DNA of 64,000 nt. It comes from the human T2T-CHM13v2.0 reference genome, Homo sapiens. Location: NCBI RefSeq assembly GCF_009914755.1, contig NC_060946.1; one strand, 5' to 3'. Of the stretch, positions 45,860 through 64,000 are shown in pieces (the stretch's first letter is position 1; every line of letters starts with the position of its first letter). The notes beneath the pieces were generated by a model, which saw only the letters and a list, made by a program, of their open reading frames with translations, searched no databases and was not told where the DNA came from. Made by a program: the position numbers and the translations under genes.

Positions 45860-46600
45860 CTGCGGTGCAGACGAAGAAATCATCGCTATGCATGCTGGCC
45901 TTGGGATGGGGGCGCAAAGCCCCTGGACGCGCCCCGCCTAGTGGGCGGGAACGACTACAGCCCCCAGCATGACCCGCGGCCGCCCATGCCACGCCCCGCC
46001 ACGCGTGCGCTTAGGCGCCGCTGAGCGCTGACTGGGTGCGAGTGGGGAAGCTGCTAACCCGACCCGGATTGGCGCTGAGGTGGCCCGTGGGGCAGGTGAG
46101 TGCGGGGCGGGAGTCAGCGGAGACCCACCGGCGCCTACAAGTTCCCCTCAGGCGGGGGCTGCGGGGCGGCTGTGGTCGGACTGTCCGACCGAGGGTCGTA
46201 TGGGCCGAAGGCGCCCACGAGAGAAGCACCGCCTCGGGCCGGAGAGCCGCCGGGCCGACCTTGCTCGCGTCGCCGTTGGAATGGGGGCCGGGGACGCGGC
46301 GGGGCGGGGAGGTCGGCTGCGTCCTCCGGTGCGGCCGCCCCTAGACGGCCGAGGCCACCTCAGGTGTTCGGGGCGCCAGCCGGAATCCACCGCGCTGGCA
46401 GCCGGGAGCGGTTTTACGAAAACCGCGCCTGAGGCGGGGGGCTTTCTAAAAAGAGCCTGGCTGGCTCTGGCACCGGGACAGCTGCAGACTCCTCCTCAGG
46501 TTTAACTTGCGGTTTTCCCTTTAAGATTCAGATCCAGGTGCAGAACCCGGGCTCGGATCCAGGCCCGAGACTCGGAACACCGGTGTGTTTGCATTTTAGC
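45860..46600 (+). promoter_or_regulatory. SGSM3: CpG-island promoter, probably SGSM3
   Basis: CpG-dense with GC boxes. ZNF143/THAP11-type ACTACAGCCCCCAGCATGACCCGCG at 45954-45978. NRF1-like cacgcgtgcgc at ~46000. Gene name by synteny. Confidence 0.82.
45995..46095 (+). other. SGSM3: Non-coding exon 1 (start approximate), followed by a long intron 1 extending past the window
   Basis: Consensus donor CAG|GTGAGT at 46095/46096 inside the CpG island, with no ATG in the exon. No SGSM3 coding exon is seen in the window. Confidence 0.72.
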
Positions 46601-47089
46601 ACGGGGGAAACTGAGGCATACGTTAGCCAGAATCATCCGGTGTGGTTAGGACTGGAATTTTGAAAATTATTCTCATACTTAGTTTACTGACCTAGGCTCT
46701 TTTTTATTTGGAAAGAAAAATAAAGATGTTTCAAAGGTTGTTTTCAGTGACTGGGTGACTAGTGTATCTTCCAGTCTCACGCTGCACGTTTGTGGTGGGT
46801 TGATGGCTCTTTTTTGTTTTGCGGTGGGATAGAGATGTCCTGGAATGTTCTACACCTTTCTTATTCTTTCTTAGTAAATTCAAGTCAAATCAGACTCTGA
46901 TTCACAAAAACTCATTTTCAACTTCGACTCGTTTACTCGTAGTTTTTGTGACAGGTTTGTGATTAGGTTTATAGGTACATATGTTTCCCGCTTTTCTTGC
47001 TCTTTTAGTTCCAATTATCTCTGCACTCTAAACAGTTGAATTACATCTTTGTTTTTACACTATTTCTGTTCTTGGTGATTAATTTGTAA

Positions 47090-47332
<243 letters not shown>

Positions 47333-47499
47333 TGACCACAGGTGATCCGCCCGTCTCGGGCCTCCCAAAGTGCTGGGATTACAGGCGTGAGCCACTGCGC
47401 CAGGCCCGATTAATTTGTAATTCTATAGATATCTTTCCTGGCTTTTGATAATCCTAAGTGAATGTAGCTTTTTCATCCCTAATTATCATAGTAGCCTGA

Positions 47500-47734
<235 letters not shown>

Positions 47735-48306
47735 TAGCCAGATGGTCTCGATCTCCTGACCTCGTGATCTGCCCGCCTCGGCCTCCCAAAGTGCTGGGAT
47801 TACAGGCGTGAGCCACCGTGCCTGGCCCTCCCTGTCCCTTTTTAAGCGTGGAGGTGTGTGGTCTGGGAGGGGAGAGGGTGAGGTGTCTATTGATCAGATA
47901 TGGGTAATAGGTTAACATAACCCATGACCAGAACATTAAAAGGCTGTAAACAAACAATTGCTTCAATATAAAAACGCATACCTCGTGAATTTGGAAACAT
48001 GTCAGGTTGATAGAAAAGTGAACTCGGGTAGAACCTCACAGAAATGAACCCGACATTAGGGTGAAATATTGAGAAGGGAAGGGAGGAGATAATCATCTCT
48101 TTTATTTTACAGCCATCTTTCTATGCCTGGAGTGGATGTAGGAACAGCCTGCTGGCTCAGAAGCTTAAAAAAAGCTCTGTGTGTTTTCAGTTTTTCTCTT
48201 CTTAGTTCTCAATGAAGGTTTTGGCAGGAGCCCAAAATCTTGTACATTTGATAATTTAACATCAGTTTCATCTGCTTACTCTCCAGATAGCCTGTTATTC
48301 AGCTGG

Positions 48307-48314
48307 TGACGTCA
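48307..48314. promoter_or_regulatory. Full palindromic CRE TGACGTCA
   Basis: Exact CREB/ATF site in non-repetitive intronic DNA. Function unproven. Confidence 0.4.
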
Positions 48315-49046
48315 GTAATTTTCCACAGCAGCCATTCATGAGCTCATGCAGACTGTCACAAGGAAATGGGAATAGCACAATGAGTGTTACAGAAGAAAAA
48401 AAGATCCTGTTTCTTTGCCATCACATATTATACACAGACTTAGGGAATCTAGACTGGAGCACAAGATATGTGGGAGGGGTTAGAACACCACTCCTACCTG
48501 TAGTAATAATCATTGAAACCACTTATTGGATGCCTTCTGCTTACCAGACACTAGTTGTCACAGGTCACTGTAAGTGACAGGGCCAGAATTTAAGTCTACC
48601 TGACTCTAAACTCTGCTCTTTTGTCTGTGCTGTACTACCTTATCAACAACTGTGTTCAAGTCTTTCTCATTCTTAAAAATATATGAAACTTTCCTGTGAT
48701 CATATTTCCCTTCAAATTACTACCATTTCTCCTGCTTTTCCTTTCTAGACTTGTCCTTAAGAAGCAGACTCTACATTCTTCTCTTCCATTTACTCCTTCA
48801 TTCATTGCAGTCTGACTTCTACCCTCAACTCTGTTGAAACTACTCTCATGAATTCCTCTCAACGATTTATTGAATATCTACTGTGTATATCATCTTCTAG
48901 ACTTATAAAGACGGCTAAGACATGGATCTTGCCCTCAGGTAGTTTAGAGATTAATGAGAGAGGGTAGTTTATACATGTCAATGTATGTTTCCCACTGATA
49001 GGGCAGTTGTGTTTTTTGTTTTTGTTTTTGTTTTTTTGAGACATAG

Positions 49047-49253
<207 letters not shown>

Positions 49254-50666
49254 TGATCCGCCCTCCTAGGCCTTCCAAAGTGCTGGGATTACAGGCGTGA
49301 GCCACCACACCTGGCCTGATAGGGTGGTTTATTTATTTTTATTTTTATTTATTTTATTTATTTATTTTTGAGACGGAGTCTCCCTCTGTCGCCCAGGCTT
49401 GAGTGCAGTGGCGTGATCTCGGCTCACTGCAAGCTCTGCCTCCCGGGTTTATTTACGCCATTCTCCTGCCTCAGCCTCCTGAGTAGCTGGGACTACAGGC
49501 GCCTGCCACCATGCCCGGCTAATTTTTTGTATTTTTTTTAGTAGAGACGGGGCTTCACCGTGTTAGCCAGAATGGTCTTGATCTGACCTCGTGATCCGCC
49601 TGCCTCGGCCTCCCAAAGTGCTGGGATTACAGGTGTGAGCCACCGTGCCCAGCCAATAGGGCGGTTTTTATAGTTTGAGAGTTGGGGAAGGAACACTTTA
49701 TTGTGAAGATGTCACTGGACTGCCACCAGAGAGAAAGCTTAAATTGGTCTAGACTGTAGTGTCAAGACTGCGTGCTTAGGTATATACTTTTAGGGAAAAG
49801 CTGTATCCACTGAGAGATGACATGGTTGAAAGATACAGTATAGGCTTTAGAGTCTGACAGATCTGGTAACTGAGCTACAATTTCTTCTTTGTAATACTTG
49901 CCTGCAATGTAAGCTCTATGAAAGTAGGGGCTTTGTGTTGTTCACCACCTCACCCCCATCTCCTAGAACAGTGGTAGGTGAGCAATAAATATCTGTTGAA
50001 TGGGGCCCAGTACGGCGGCTCACGCCTGTAATCCCAGCACTTTGGGAGGCCAAGGTAGAGGATTGCTTGAGCCCAGGAGTTCAAGACTGGTCTGGGCAAC
50101 ATGGCGAAATGCCATCTCGACCAAAAACATAAAATTGCCAGTCATGGTGATGTGCGCCTGTGGTCCCAGCTACTCGGGAGGCTGAGGCAGGAGGATTGCT
50201 TGGGCTCAGCTCAGGAGGTCGAAGTTGCAGCCAGCCATGTTTGTACCACTGCACTCCAGCCTGGGGAAGAGAATGAGACCTTGCCTCAAACAAACACATT
50301 GTACCAGTACTATCAGTAGTAGCATATGACTGAAATAACAAGGCTAGATTTTCAGTGTGGCTTATGAACTGATTTTGACAGCACCATTGTTTGAATGCTA
50401 CATATATAATCACCTCCCCTTTTTGAAAATTTAGGCTTACTAATTTATGCTCACCATTTATACATGAGGAGAGATACATTCACCTCTTTTCAGTAGGCAC
50501 AGTTAACTATTAACTGTCTCTTCTAATATATGCCTCTTTTGCAGTGATAAACATATTTCTGCTTTTTCTAAGTGTGATACATGTTTTGTATTTGTTTTTC
50601 TCTCTACTAATGATGTAAATTGTTTTGGGAGGTTAACTGCTTTGGAATAATTAAACAGCTTTATCA

Positions 50667-50981
<315 letters not shown>

Positions 50982-52539
50982 TCAAAAAAAAAAAAAGAGA
51001 TTGACACCCCCAATTCAGTGTCAAAAGTCTTATCTTGGAAAGGGTATAATTTCCAATTAAGACAGAGAATTTTTTTTTTTTTCACTACAACAAAATTATG
51101 TGACTTTTCTCACCCTTCTCTAGATATCTAATTAGCCTGCAAGCTAACACTCTAAAGACATGAAACAGGCTGGGCTTATGTCTGTAATCCCAGCACTTTG
51201 GGAGGCTGAGGTGGAAGGATCACTGAAGCCCAGGAGGTCAAGACCAGCCTGGGCAACATGGTGAGACCCTGCCTCTACAAAAAAATTTCTAAAAATTAAC
51301 CAGATATGGTGGCGTGTGCTTGTGGTCCCACCTACTCAGGATGCTGAGGCAAGAGGATCACTTGAGCTCAGGAGATTGAAGCTGTAGTGAGCTGTGATCA
51401 CACCACACACCACACACTCCAGCCTGGGTGACAAAGGGAGACCCTGTCTCAAAAAACTGGAAAAAAAAAAACAAGATATGAAAGAACAGATCATTTCCCT
51501 TTTCCCTCTCTTGTGTTTGAGTTTCGTTTGTAAATATCCTTAATTATGTGACTTGAGGATAGGGTTAAAGTCAAATTACCACTTTTTTTTTTTTTTTTTG
51601 TCTTTTGGAAACAGTACGGTAGTCGGAGCACCAACAATGAAGTTCAACTTACGGCTCTGCTGCTTGCTTCCTTGCTTGTCTGCTTGCTTGATTGATTGAC
51701 AGGGTTTTGCTCTGTTGCCCAGGTTGGAGTGCAGTGGCATGATCATAGCTCACTGAAACCTCAAACTCCTGGGCTCAAGAGGTCCTCCTGCTTTAATCTC
51801 ATGAGTTGCTGTGATTACAGGTGCATGCCACTGCACCCGGCCTGGCTTTACCATTGTAAACTTCGAGAACTTACAAGTTATCTGTCATGCCTCATTTCTC
51901 TCACCTGCAAAAATGGAATAATTAGTGCTACTCATAGTAATAGCTAATATGTATTAGGTGTTTGCTATATATACCAGTCACAGTTCTAAGAATTTTATTT
52001 GTATTAACTCACAATCCTCACATCAACCCTATGTATTGCTAGTATTATGCCCATTTACAGGTGAGACAACAGTGACAGAAACAGTAATTTGCTAAAGATT
52101 GGTGGAGTGGAGTCAGGATTAGAACTTAGTCTGACTCTAGAGTTTATGCTCATAATCTCCACCTTCATAGTTTTTTGTTTTTTTTAATTTAGCATATAAT
52201 CAAGAAATAGAGTAGTTTTGAAGATTAAATAAAATCTATATAAAATGGCTGTGACAAGCATTTACGGTATTAAGTACTACAGTTAGCTTCGAGTTTACAA
52301 AGCATTTTGCACACATTTTCTTTGATTGTCATAGGAATAACCAAATATGCTTGTGACCATCACTGTCCGGCAGGAAACAGGCACACATTTGGTCACTTTC
52401 CCAGTCATGCAGCATGTGTGCAGACAGTGCCCTGGTGTTGCTCCTCCATATCTAGATCATGTGGAATTTGAAGCATCACATTTTGAGAAAATTTAGTAGA
52501 CATAAGTTGTTTTGGCCTGTCCAGCATCCAATCCAGGTT

Positions 52540-52905
52540 CTTCTGGGGATAACAGCTCAATTTTGCTTTGGAGAACAGTTCATCCCTGACCAACTAGGTG
52601 GTAGGCACATGGCCCAGGTCAGGCCAACAGATGTTAGGCAAATAGATGCTTTCCTCCTTTAATTTGAATCTTAGGTTGAATGACACAGTAACAAAAGTTC
52701 AATAAACAGTTGCAGCTCCTTCATCACAACCACAGGCTAATTCCTAATATCTGGGCACTAGAGCTGCTGTTGTTTTCAACGAGCTGAGTCTTCAGCTTTT
52801 CCTTGGTTTTATGTCCTACTACATATCCTTCCAATACATTCCTGTCTTTCATAACTTAAGTTACCCAAAGTCAGTTTTGGTGGCTTGCAGCTGAGACACC
52901 TTTAA
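52540..52905 (+). mobile_element. MLT1 (ERVL-MaLR) solo LTR remnant
   Basis: ggcacatggcccaggtcaggccaa and ccaatacattcct...cttaagttacccaaagtcagttttggtggcttgcagc resemble an MLT1 LTR interior and 3' end. Confidence 0.55.
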
Positions 52906-52931
52906 CTTTTACATGGCATGAGGTCATGTCA

Positions 52932-53271
<340 letters not shown>

Positions 53272-55094
53272 CTAACTTTAACCTGAAGAGGAGAGAAATC
53301 TTGGAGAAGATGTGGGTATCTTCAAATGTCTGAAGTATGTAGAATACAAAGTACCCCTAAAAAGACCAAAGAGTAGATATTACTAGCAAACAGATTTCTG
53401 CCCACGTTAAAGCCTAAGGCAGGGCTATCCACAGGTGACAGACTGTCTTGGTATGTGGAAATAGATACATCCACTAAATTGTTCAAGCCAAGACAAGATG
53501 GTCACCTGGGAGGAGTAATATGGGTTTAGTAATCTAATGGGGACTGGGTGTGGTGGCTCATGCCTGTAATTCCACTGCTTTGGGAGGCTGAGGCAGGATG
53601 ATCGCTTGAGGCCAAGAGTTTGAGACTACCCTGGGCAACATAGCAAGACCAGCATCTCTACAAAAAAATAAGAAAAATTAGCCAGGCATGATGGTGTGTG
53701 CCTGTAGTCCTAGCTACTTGGGAGACTGGGGTGAGAGGATTGAGCCCAACAGTTTGAGGTTATAGTGAGCTGGAATAGTGCCACTGCATTCCAGCCTGGG
53801 TGACACAGCAAGACCCTGTGTATATTAAAAATAATAATATGGCCGGGCACGGTGGCTGATGCCTGTCATCCTAGCACTTTGGGAGGCTAAGGCGGGCAGA
53901 TCACTTGAAGGTGGGAGTTCGAGACCAACCTGGCCTACATGGCGAAACCCCATCTCTACTACCAAAAATACAAAAAATTAGCCGGGTGTGGTGGCGCATG
54001 CCTGTAATCCCATCTACCAGGAAGCTGAGGCAGAAGAGGAACCCAGGAGACGGAGGTTGCAGTGAGCTGAGATCACACACTGCACTCCAGCCTGGGTGAC
54101 AGAGCGAGACTCTGTCTCAAAAAAAAACAGAACAAAACCAATAATAATAATCTAATGGGTTGTTGTACTGAATGAACTGTAAAGTTCTCTCCAATTCTGA
54201 GATCGTGATTCTCTGATTGAAATCTAAATCTGCAGACTCCGAGACCTAGAGTTCTTTTTAGAAGATTTACCTGCTTTTCCTCACTTTTCCAACCTAGTCT
54301 CTTATATTCCCGCTTCACCACCTATGTGCTGCTCTTTGTTTCGGACCTCTGCTTCCATCAGCTCCTCACCTTCTTCAGGTGTTTGCTCAGATTTTTCTTA
54401 CTGAGCCTTCCCTGACTACCTAATTTAGAATAGCAGCTCCTGAAAGTGCCTATGGTTCTTCCTGCCTCATTTTACTCTGTAGCACTATTCATCTGACATA
54501 CAGTGTGGTCTCTTATTAATTTTTTAAGTTACTTCTTTCCCCTCTAGAATGCTGGGACTTTCAAAGAAGGGATTTCTATCTATTTTGAGCACTTCTGTGT
54601 TCCCGACACTTAAAACAGTGCCTGGTACATAATAGGCACTCAATAAACATATGTTGATTGAATGAGTATTTCCTCAACACAAAGTCACCATTGGGTCTGC
54701 TTTGTGTTCTAGGAGAATATCTAGCTCATGCTGTCCACTTCGTACCTTTTCTCTGTTGCTTCCCTTACTCGCTGGTGCCTTTCTCTTTTCCTCTTCTCTT
54801 TGGATCACAGCATTTCAAGACTAGAAGTCTGAGATCACCTCTTCATAAGGACCAGAGTCCCTGTGTAACACAGCTAGTTAATGAAAGATGTGGGGTGGAG
54901 GGTGACTGACTGTTGGATTGTTTATCTCTGTTAAACTGTGGTCTCCCTAAGTCTTGCTCAGTTCAGGCCCGTGCAGTGCCTGCTGCAGCATATGCATATC
55001 CCTCAGTGAGTTATTAAGTAAATATCTTCCTCCTTCATGAAGGCTTTTCCATATCAACCTGTAGTTATCTCTTTATTTCTTTGAACTTTGGTAG

Positions 55095-55226
<132 letters not shown>

Positions 55227-55732
55227 TGAGTAATCTGGGACTACAGATTTGCACCACCACGCCCAGCTAATTTTTGTATTTTTTTGTAGAGATTGGGTTT
55301 CGTCATGTTGCCCAGGGTGGTCTCAAACTCCTGGGCTCAAGTGATCCACCCTCCTCGGCCTCCTAAAGTGCTGGGATTATAGGTGTGAGCCATCGTGCTC
55401 GGCCTGGTTTCTCTTATTAACTGGCCTTGGGTTGTTTGCCATTTTATGTGTCTGTCTGGTCAATGAAATTATAATCCCATGGACAAAGACTAAATGTACC
55501 TACTACAGAACCTAGTCCTGAGAGGCAGTATAAAGTAGTGAAGTGCTGTCCAAGAGAACTTTATACAGTGCTGGAAATGTTCTTGTATGACTATTAACAT
55601 TTTTTTAATGCTGTGTGTGTATTTGTATGTGTGTGTGATTAAGTAATTACACTTATCTGCACCACCCAGGAATAATCAGTAAACATTCTGGCATTTATTT
55701 CTTTATTCATCTATTAATTGTACATTTTCTAG

Positions 55733-56113
<381 letters not shown>

Positions 56114-56215
56114 TGAGCCCAGGAATTTAAGACCAGCCTGGGCAACATAGTAAGACCCTCTCTACAACAGTAACAAAAAATTAGCAGGGCGTGGTGGTGT
56201 GTGCCTGTAGTCCTA

Positions 56216-56326
<111 letters not shown>

Positions 56327-56485
56327 TCAAAAATAAATTAATAAATTAAAAATACAAGTTGCTGCAGCTTCTATTTTTGTAAATTGTATTTTCCCCCATT
56401 GATTCACATAATATAAGCAATGTTTTAGCATGATAATGGTTTAGCATGATATTGGGAAGAACCAAGTAATTAGGAAAGGTTATAG

Positions 56486-57240
<755 letters not shown>

Positions 57241-57629
57241 CTACTCAGGAGGCTGGGGTGGAAGGATGGTTTGAGCCCAGGAGGCAGAAGTTGCAGTGAG
57301 CCAAGATTCGCGCCACTGCACTCCAGCCTGGCAGACAAAGTCAGACGCTGTCTCAAATAATAATTCTTATTTTATATTACAGATTTGTCTTTCTATCAGA
57401 TCAGAATAAAAGCTCCACAGAGACAGGATTTTGTTTTGTTCACTGTCCTGTCTAGGATCTAGCCTAGGGTGTGACACAGAGTAAGCACTCATGATGTGAA
57501 ATGAGAGAATAAGAGTGGTGCCTGCCATGTGAGGTCAGGATAAGTTTAGGACTCATCAATCTGAAAAAGTAAGAGTTGAGAGGAGACTGAAATTTAAAAT
57601 GGCATTATGTTAACAGCTACACCATAGCA

Positions 57630-58170
57630 CCAGTTCTTCCATTTATCTATTGCTGTTTACTGATCACTCCAGAATTTAGCAGCTTAAAGCAACAATAATC
57701 ATTTTATTACTATCTCTTGCTGGGGGATTGGTTGTTGGTAGGTAGTTTTTCCTGGGGTATCTCAAGCAGTTGCAGCTAGGTGGGACTGGAGTCATGTCTA
57801 AAGTTTCCTTAGATGTCTTGGGGTTGATGGTGGCTGTCAGCTGGGTCCCACCTGGGACTGTTGGCCGGAGCACCTATATGTGACCTCTCCATGTTACCTT
57901 ACCTACCTCACAGCATGGCAGGTGTGTTCTAAGAGCTAACCTCCCAAGGGAACAAGGTGAAAATGCATGACATTTTTATGACATAACCTCAGAAGCTACA
58001 CAATATCACCATATTCTCTTGGTTAAGGGAGTCACAGAGGTTTGCCTGGGTTCACGGGGAGTGGATGGGACGTAGACCCCACCATTCAATGGGAGAAGTT
58101 TCGTCACATTTGAAGAAGAGCATGTGTGAGATACGTTATATTGTGTTAGCCCATTTTTGGAAAATAGGGT
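57630..58170 (-). mobile_element. MLT1 (ERVL-MaLR) solo LTR
   Basis: atctattgctg...ttagcagcttaaagcaaca...cctcacagcatggc...gaagagcatgtg...tttttggaaaata is typical of antisense MLT1F-J. Confidence 0.7.
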
Positions 58171-58439
58171 CTCCATGCCAAGCATGTGATAGGGGTTTTA
58201 AGAACTTTTTCACTTATTCTGCAGGTACCTATTATCCTAATTTTACTGATAGGGAAGCTGAGGTTAGGGAAGATGAATTGGCCACACAGCCAAGTGGCAG
58301 AACAAGTTGTCAGGCCCAGGCCTTCTTGCTTCCACAGTAACACTGTATAAAGGTGAAGGTAGATTTCTTCAGAAAGTCCTGAAATACTATGGAAGGTTTA
58401 TTTGTGTAGGTCATAAAACAGGTAATTAAATATCTCATG

Positions 58440-61585
<3,146 letters not shown>

Positions 61586-61951
61586 TAAATGGGGCTAGAT
61601 GAGGCAAAAAGTTGTCATTAATTCATGGTTAGTTCAGATGGTTGTCTAACTTTTACAACATGGGAGTGAAGTGTATGGACCTGATTGTTGAAATCAGCAT
61701 TATTAAGTGTGAAATAATATAAAGATATGGACTGCTTAACCCTAAGGTTCACAACAGTAAGAGGACAACCTCGTGACGTATCTTCTGGGATTTCTGTTGG
61801 TAATGATGCTGATCTGAATGTAATCCAATGGGCCTGTCTCTAGCTGTTTCCAAGTTTTTGATTCAGTTTCAGATTAAAATAGTAGAAATCAGAGACTTCT
61901 GGTCTGGCTATGCTGCTTTAAATCAGTCTTTTGACCTCTAGTCCAATTTTC

Positions 61952-61990
<39 letters not shown>

Positions 61991-64000
61991 AAAAGACAAC
62001 TAGAGATCAGGTCTCGCTATGTTGCCCAGGCTGGTCTTGAACTCCTGGCCTCAAGCAGTCCTCTTGTCTCAATCTCCCAAAGTGTTCGGGTTACATATGT
62101 GAGCCAGTGTGCCTGGCCCCTAGTTTCTTTTTTCAAAAAGTATGAGAGATGAACCCAAAGGATCCTTCTAACTCTATAATTCATGACTTTGTGTGAGTCC
62201 CTTTGCCCTGCACCCCAGTACTAAAGAAGTTAATGGTCTCTAAATATAGGTGCAGATCTGTTAGAGAAGTTGGTTTGCTCTTATGAGAATTCTCTCCTAA
62301 TTTATCTGTTTAATTTTGAATTTTCACACACAAAAAATTTTTTTTAGTTGCTTTGTGTCTTAAATCTGGCTGGCTCCCACTAGATATGTCATCCCAAGTC
62401 AAGATATTTTGTTCCCGCACATGCACAGATAGTTCCATGATCTTTTCTGGAAACTGTCTGCAAAGTTGATAACTAGAGTTGTGCTAGTCAGTATGGTATA
62501 GTGAGACTGCTGAGGGGTCAGTCCTTTGCTGAGGTGTAAAATGGGGATAATGCCTGTGAGTGTGCTTAGCAGTGTGATGAATGCTTAACACATATTATTT
62601 TTCCTTCTTTCATAGGTTTCCTTCTGATACCTCCGTCTACTCACTGCCACAGAGTATAATAGCATATATACTCTATAATACTGTATATAGTGTAGTATAA
62701 TTACCATTCTTTAGGGTAATGTTATGTAGGTATGTTCATATCTGCAAATGAAACATTTCCGGTAATTATATAGATGGTAATGGCAAATAAATGATGTAAA
62801 GATGAGATAGTTTGTTGACCTGTGTAGTTTAATTATATGAAAAATAGCAACTGTGTAAACTATATTTATGATCTCCTCTTAGGTGCCCTAATCTCCTATG
62901 TTAATATAAAACTTTCAATATAAATGTCTCAGTGGCCTTCTTTGCCAGTCAGCCCTTAAGGAGCTTTATTTTCCTCAAAAACTCTTGTCTGCTATTTTTC
63001 AGAGCTACCTGAAAGCTGAGTTGCAGTTAGCTAACTAGTATTTATTTCACTTCTACTTCTGGGGGAGGTGGTTATCCCCCACCCCTGGTAGTGGGAATGA
63101 CAGAAGGTCCATGAAGTTGCTTTCCTTATCCTTTCCGGAAACTGCCAGGCCATAAATATTAGAGGAATGATCCAGGGAGGGACTCAGGTAAGTAACCAGA
63201 TTACTGTGGATGATTGATTATTTGATATGAGGAACTAGAGGAGCCTGGCACAGTTATGAGTGTGAGCAAGTCCGCGTAGGGCAGCTGAGTTTAACTGGTA
63301 CTCCTGTGCAGGAAGGGGACACGCATACCTTGTGTGCTGAATTCTAGGGTGAGGTTCCTGTTTCCCTGATATATGTTTCCAGTCTGTGTTCTCCCTTACA
63401 CAGTCACACCTCAGTCTCGCCTAAAGGAACACTCTATCTCTGTCACAAAGAAAATATTGACTCAGGGAAGGGTAAGCAGACCCAGCTGCAAACCTTGTAG
63501 CAGGAGTGGAGTTCAAGGTAGAGTGTGATTCTTAGACTTACTTTGCTCTTCTGCTGATGCCAGTTTTGGAGGAGGCAGCTGAGAAATTTGTATGATACTA
63601 TGGATGTTCACCTCAGATGTCCTTGTCATAAAGGGTGATATAAATGATCAACAAAAATTACTAGGGTAACTGGAGGGGGAGTCAGTTCTAGAAGTTCTGT
63701 GCCACTAGCTCCTTCATCGTGGAGTTTGGTAGGGTCCAGGTTTCAAGGCTGTCTTTACATATTGCTGAGTAATTGCTGTATTTAGCAGCATTCTGAGAGA
63801 ACACAGGTGGGTTCCAAGATAACGTTGCCAAAGCATAAAGTGCATTGGAGGCAAGTGCGAGGCAGGTGTTCAGAGATGAGGCTGCAGGGAGTAGCAGGGG
63901 CTGCTAGGTCATGCAGGGTCTTATAAATCAAGTTAACAAATTTGGACTTTAAAGCAAAGGGAAGGTTTTAAAGATGGGAGGGAAATGATCAGTTGTATTT

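Noticed and set aside
46011-46505. Several overlapping ORFs in the second CpG island
   Set aside because: Low-complexity G/R/A/P products expected from GC-rich DNA. They cross the exon 1 donor and show no recognisable SGSM3 domain.

Overview
This is primate genomic DNA, most likely modern human chr22q13.1. All three genes are on the + strand. (1) 1-~11.2 kb is the distal part of a very long, almost repeat-free 3' UTR ending at AATAAA 11186. I assign it to TNRC6B (GW182 family) by synteny only, since no coding sequence is present. (2) The complete 13-exon adenylosuccinate lyase gene ADSL runs from ATG 21969 to TAG 41929 (1455 nt, 484 aa, all introns GT-AG) and carries the modern-human Val429 codon. 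(3) A second CpG-island promoter with a non-coding first exon (donor 46095/46096) and the start of a long first intron is assigned to SGSM3 by synteny. The rest is roughly 60 Alus plus L2, L3/CR1, L1, MIR, MER3 and MLT1 remnants. Almost all other ORFs in the track are Alu-derived or chance. I found no new gene or multi-gene system. The most unusual structures are a TSD-flanked composite insertion stitched from three local templates (42543-43018), a near-perfect 136-bp tandem duplication just past the 3' UTR end, three back-to-back hairpins forming four TCF/LEF motifs in ADSL intron 2, and candidate cryptic exons near 62.6-63.2 kb. Repeat boundaries are approximate, and literature statements are recalled from memory, not checked.
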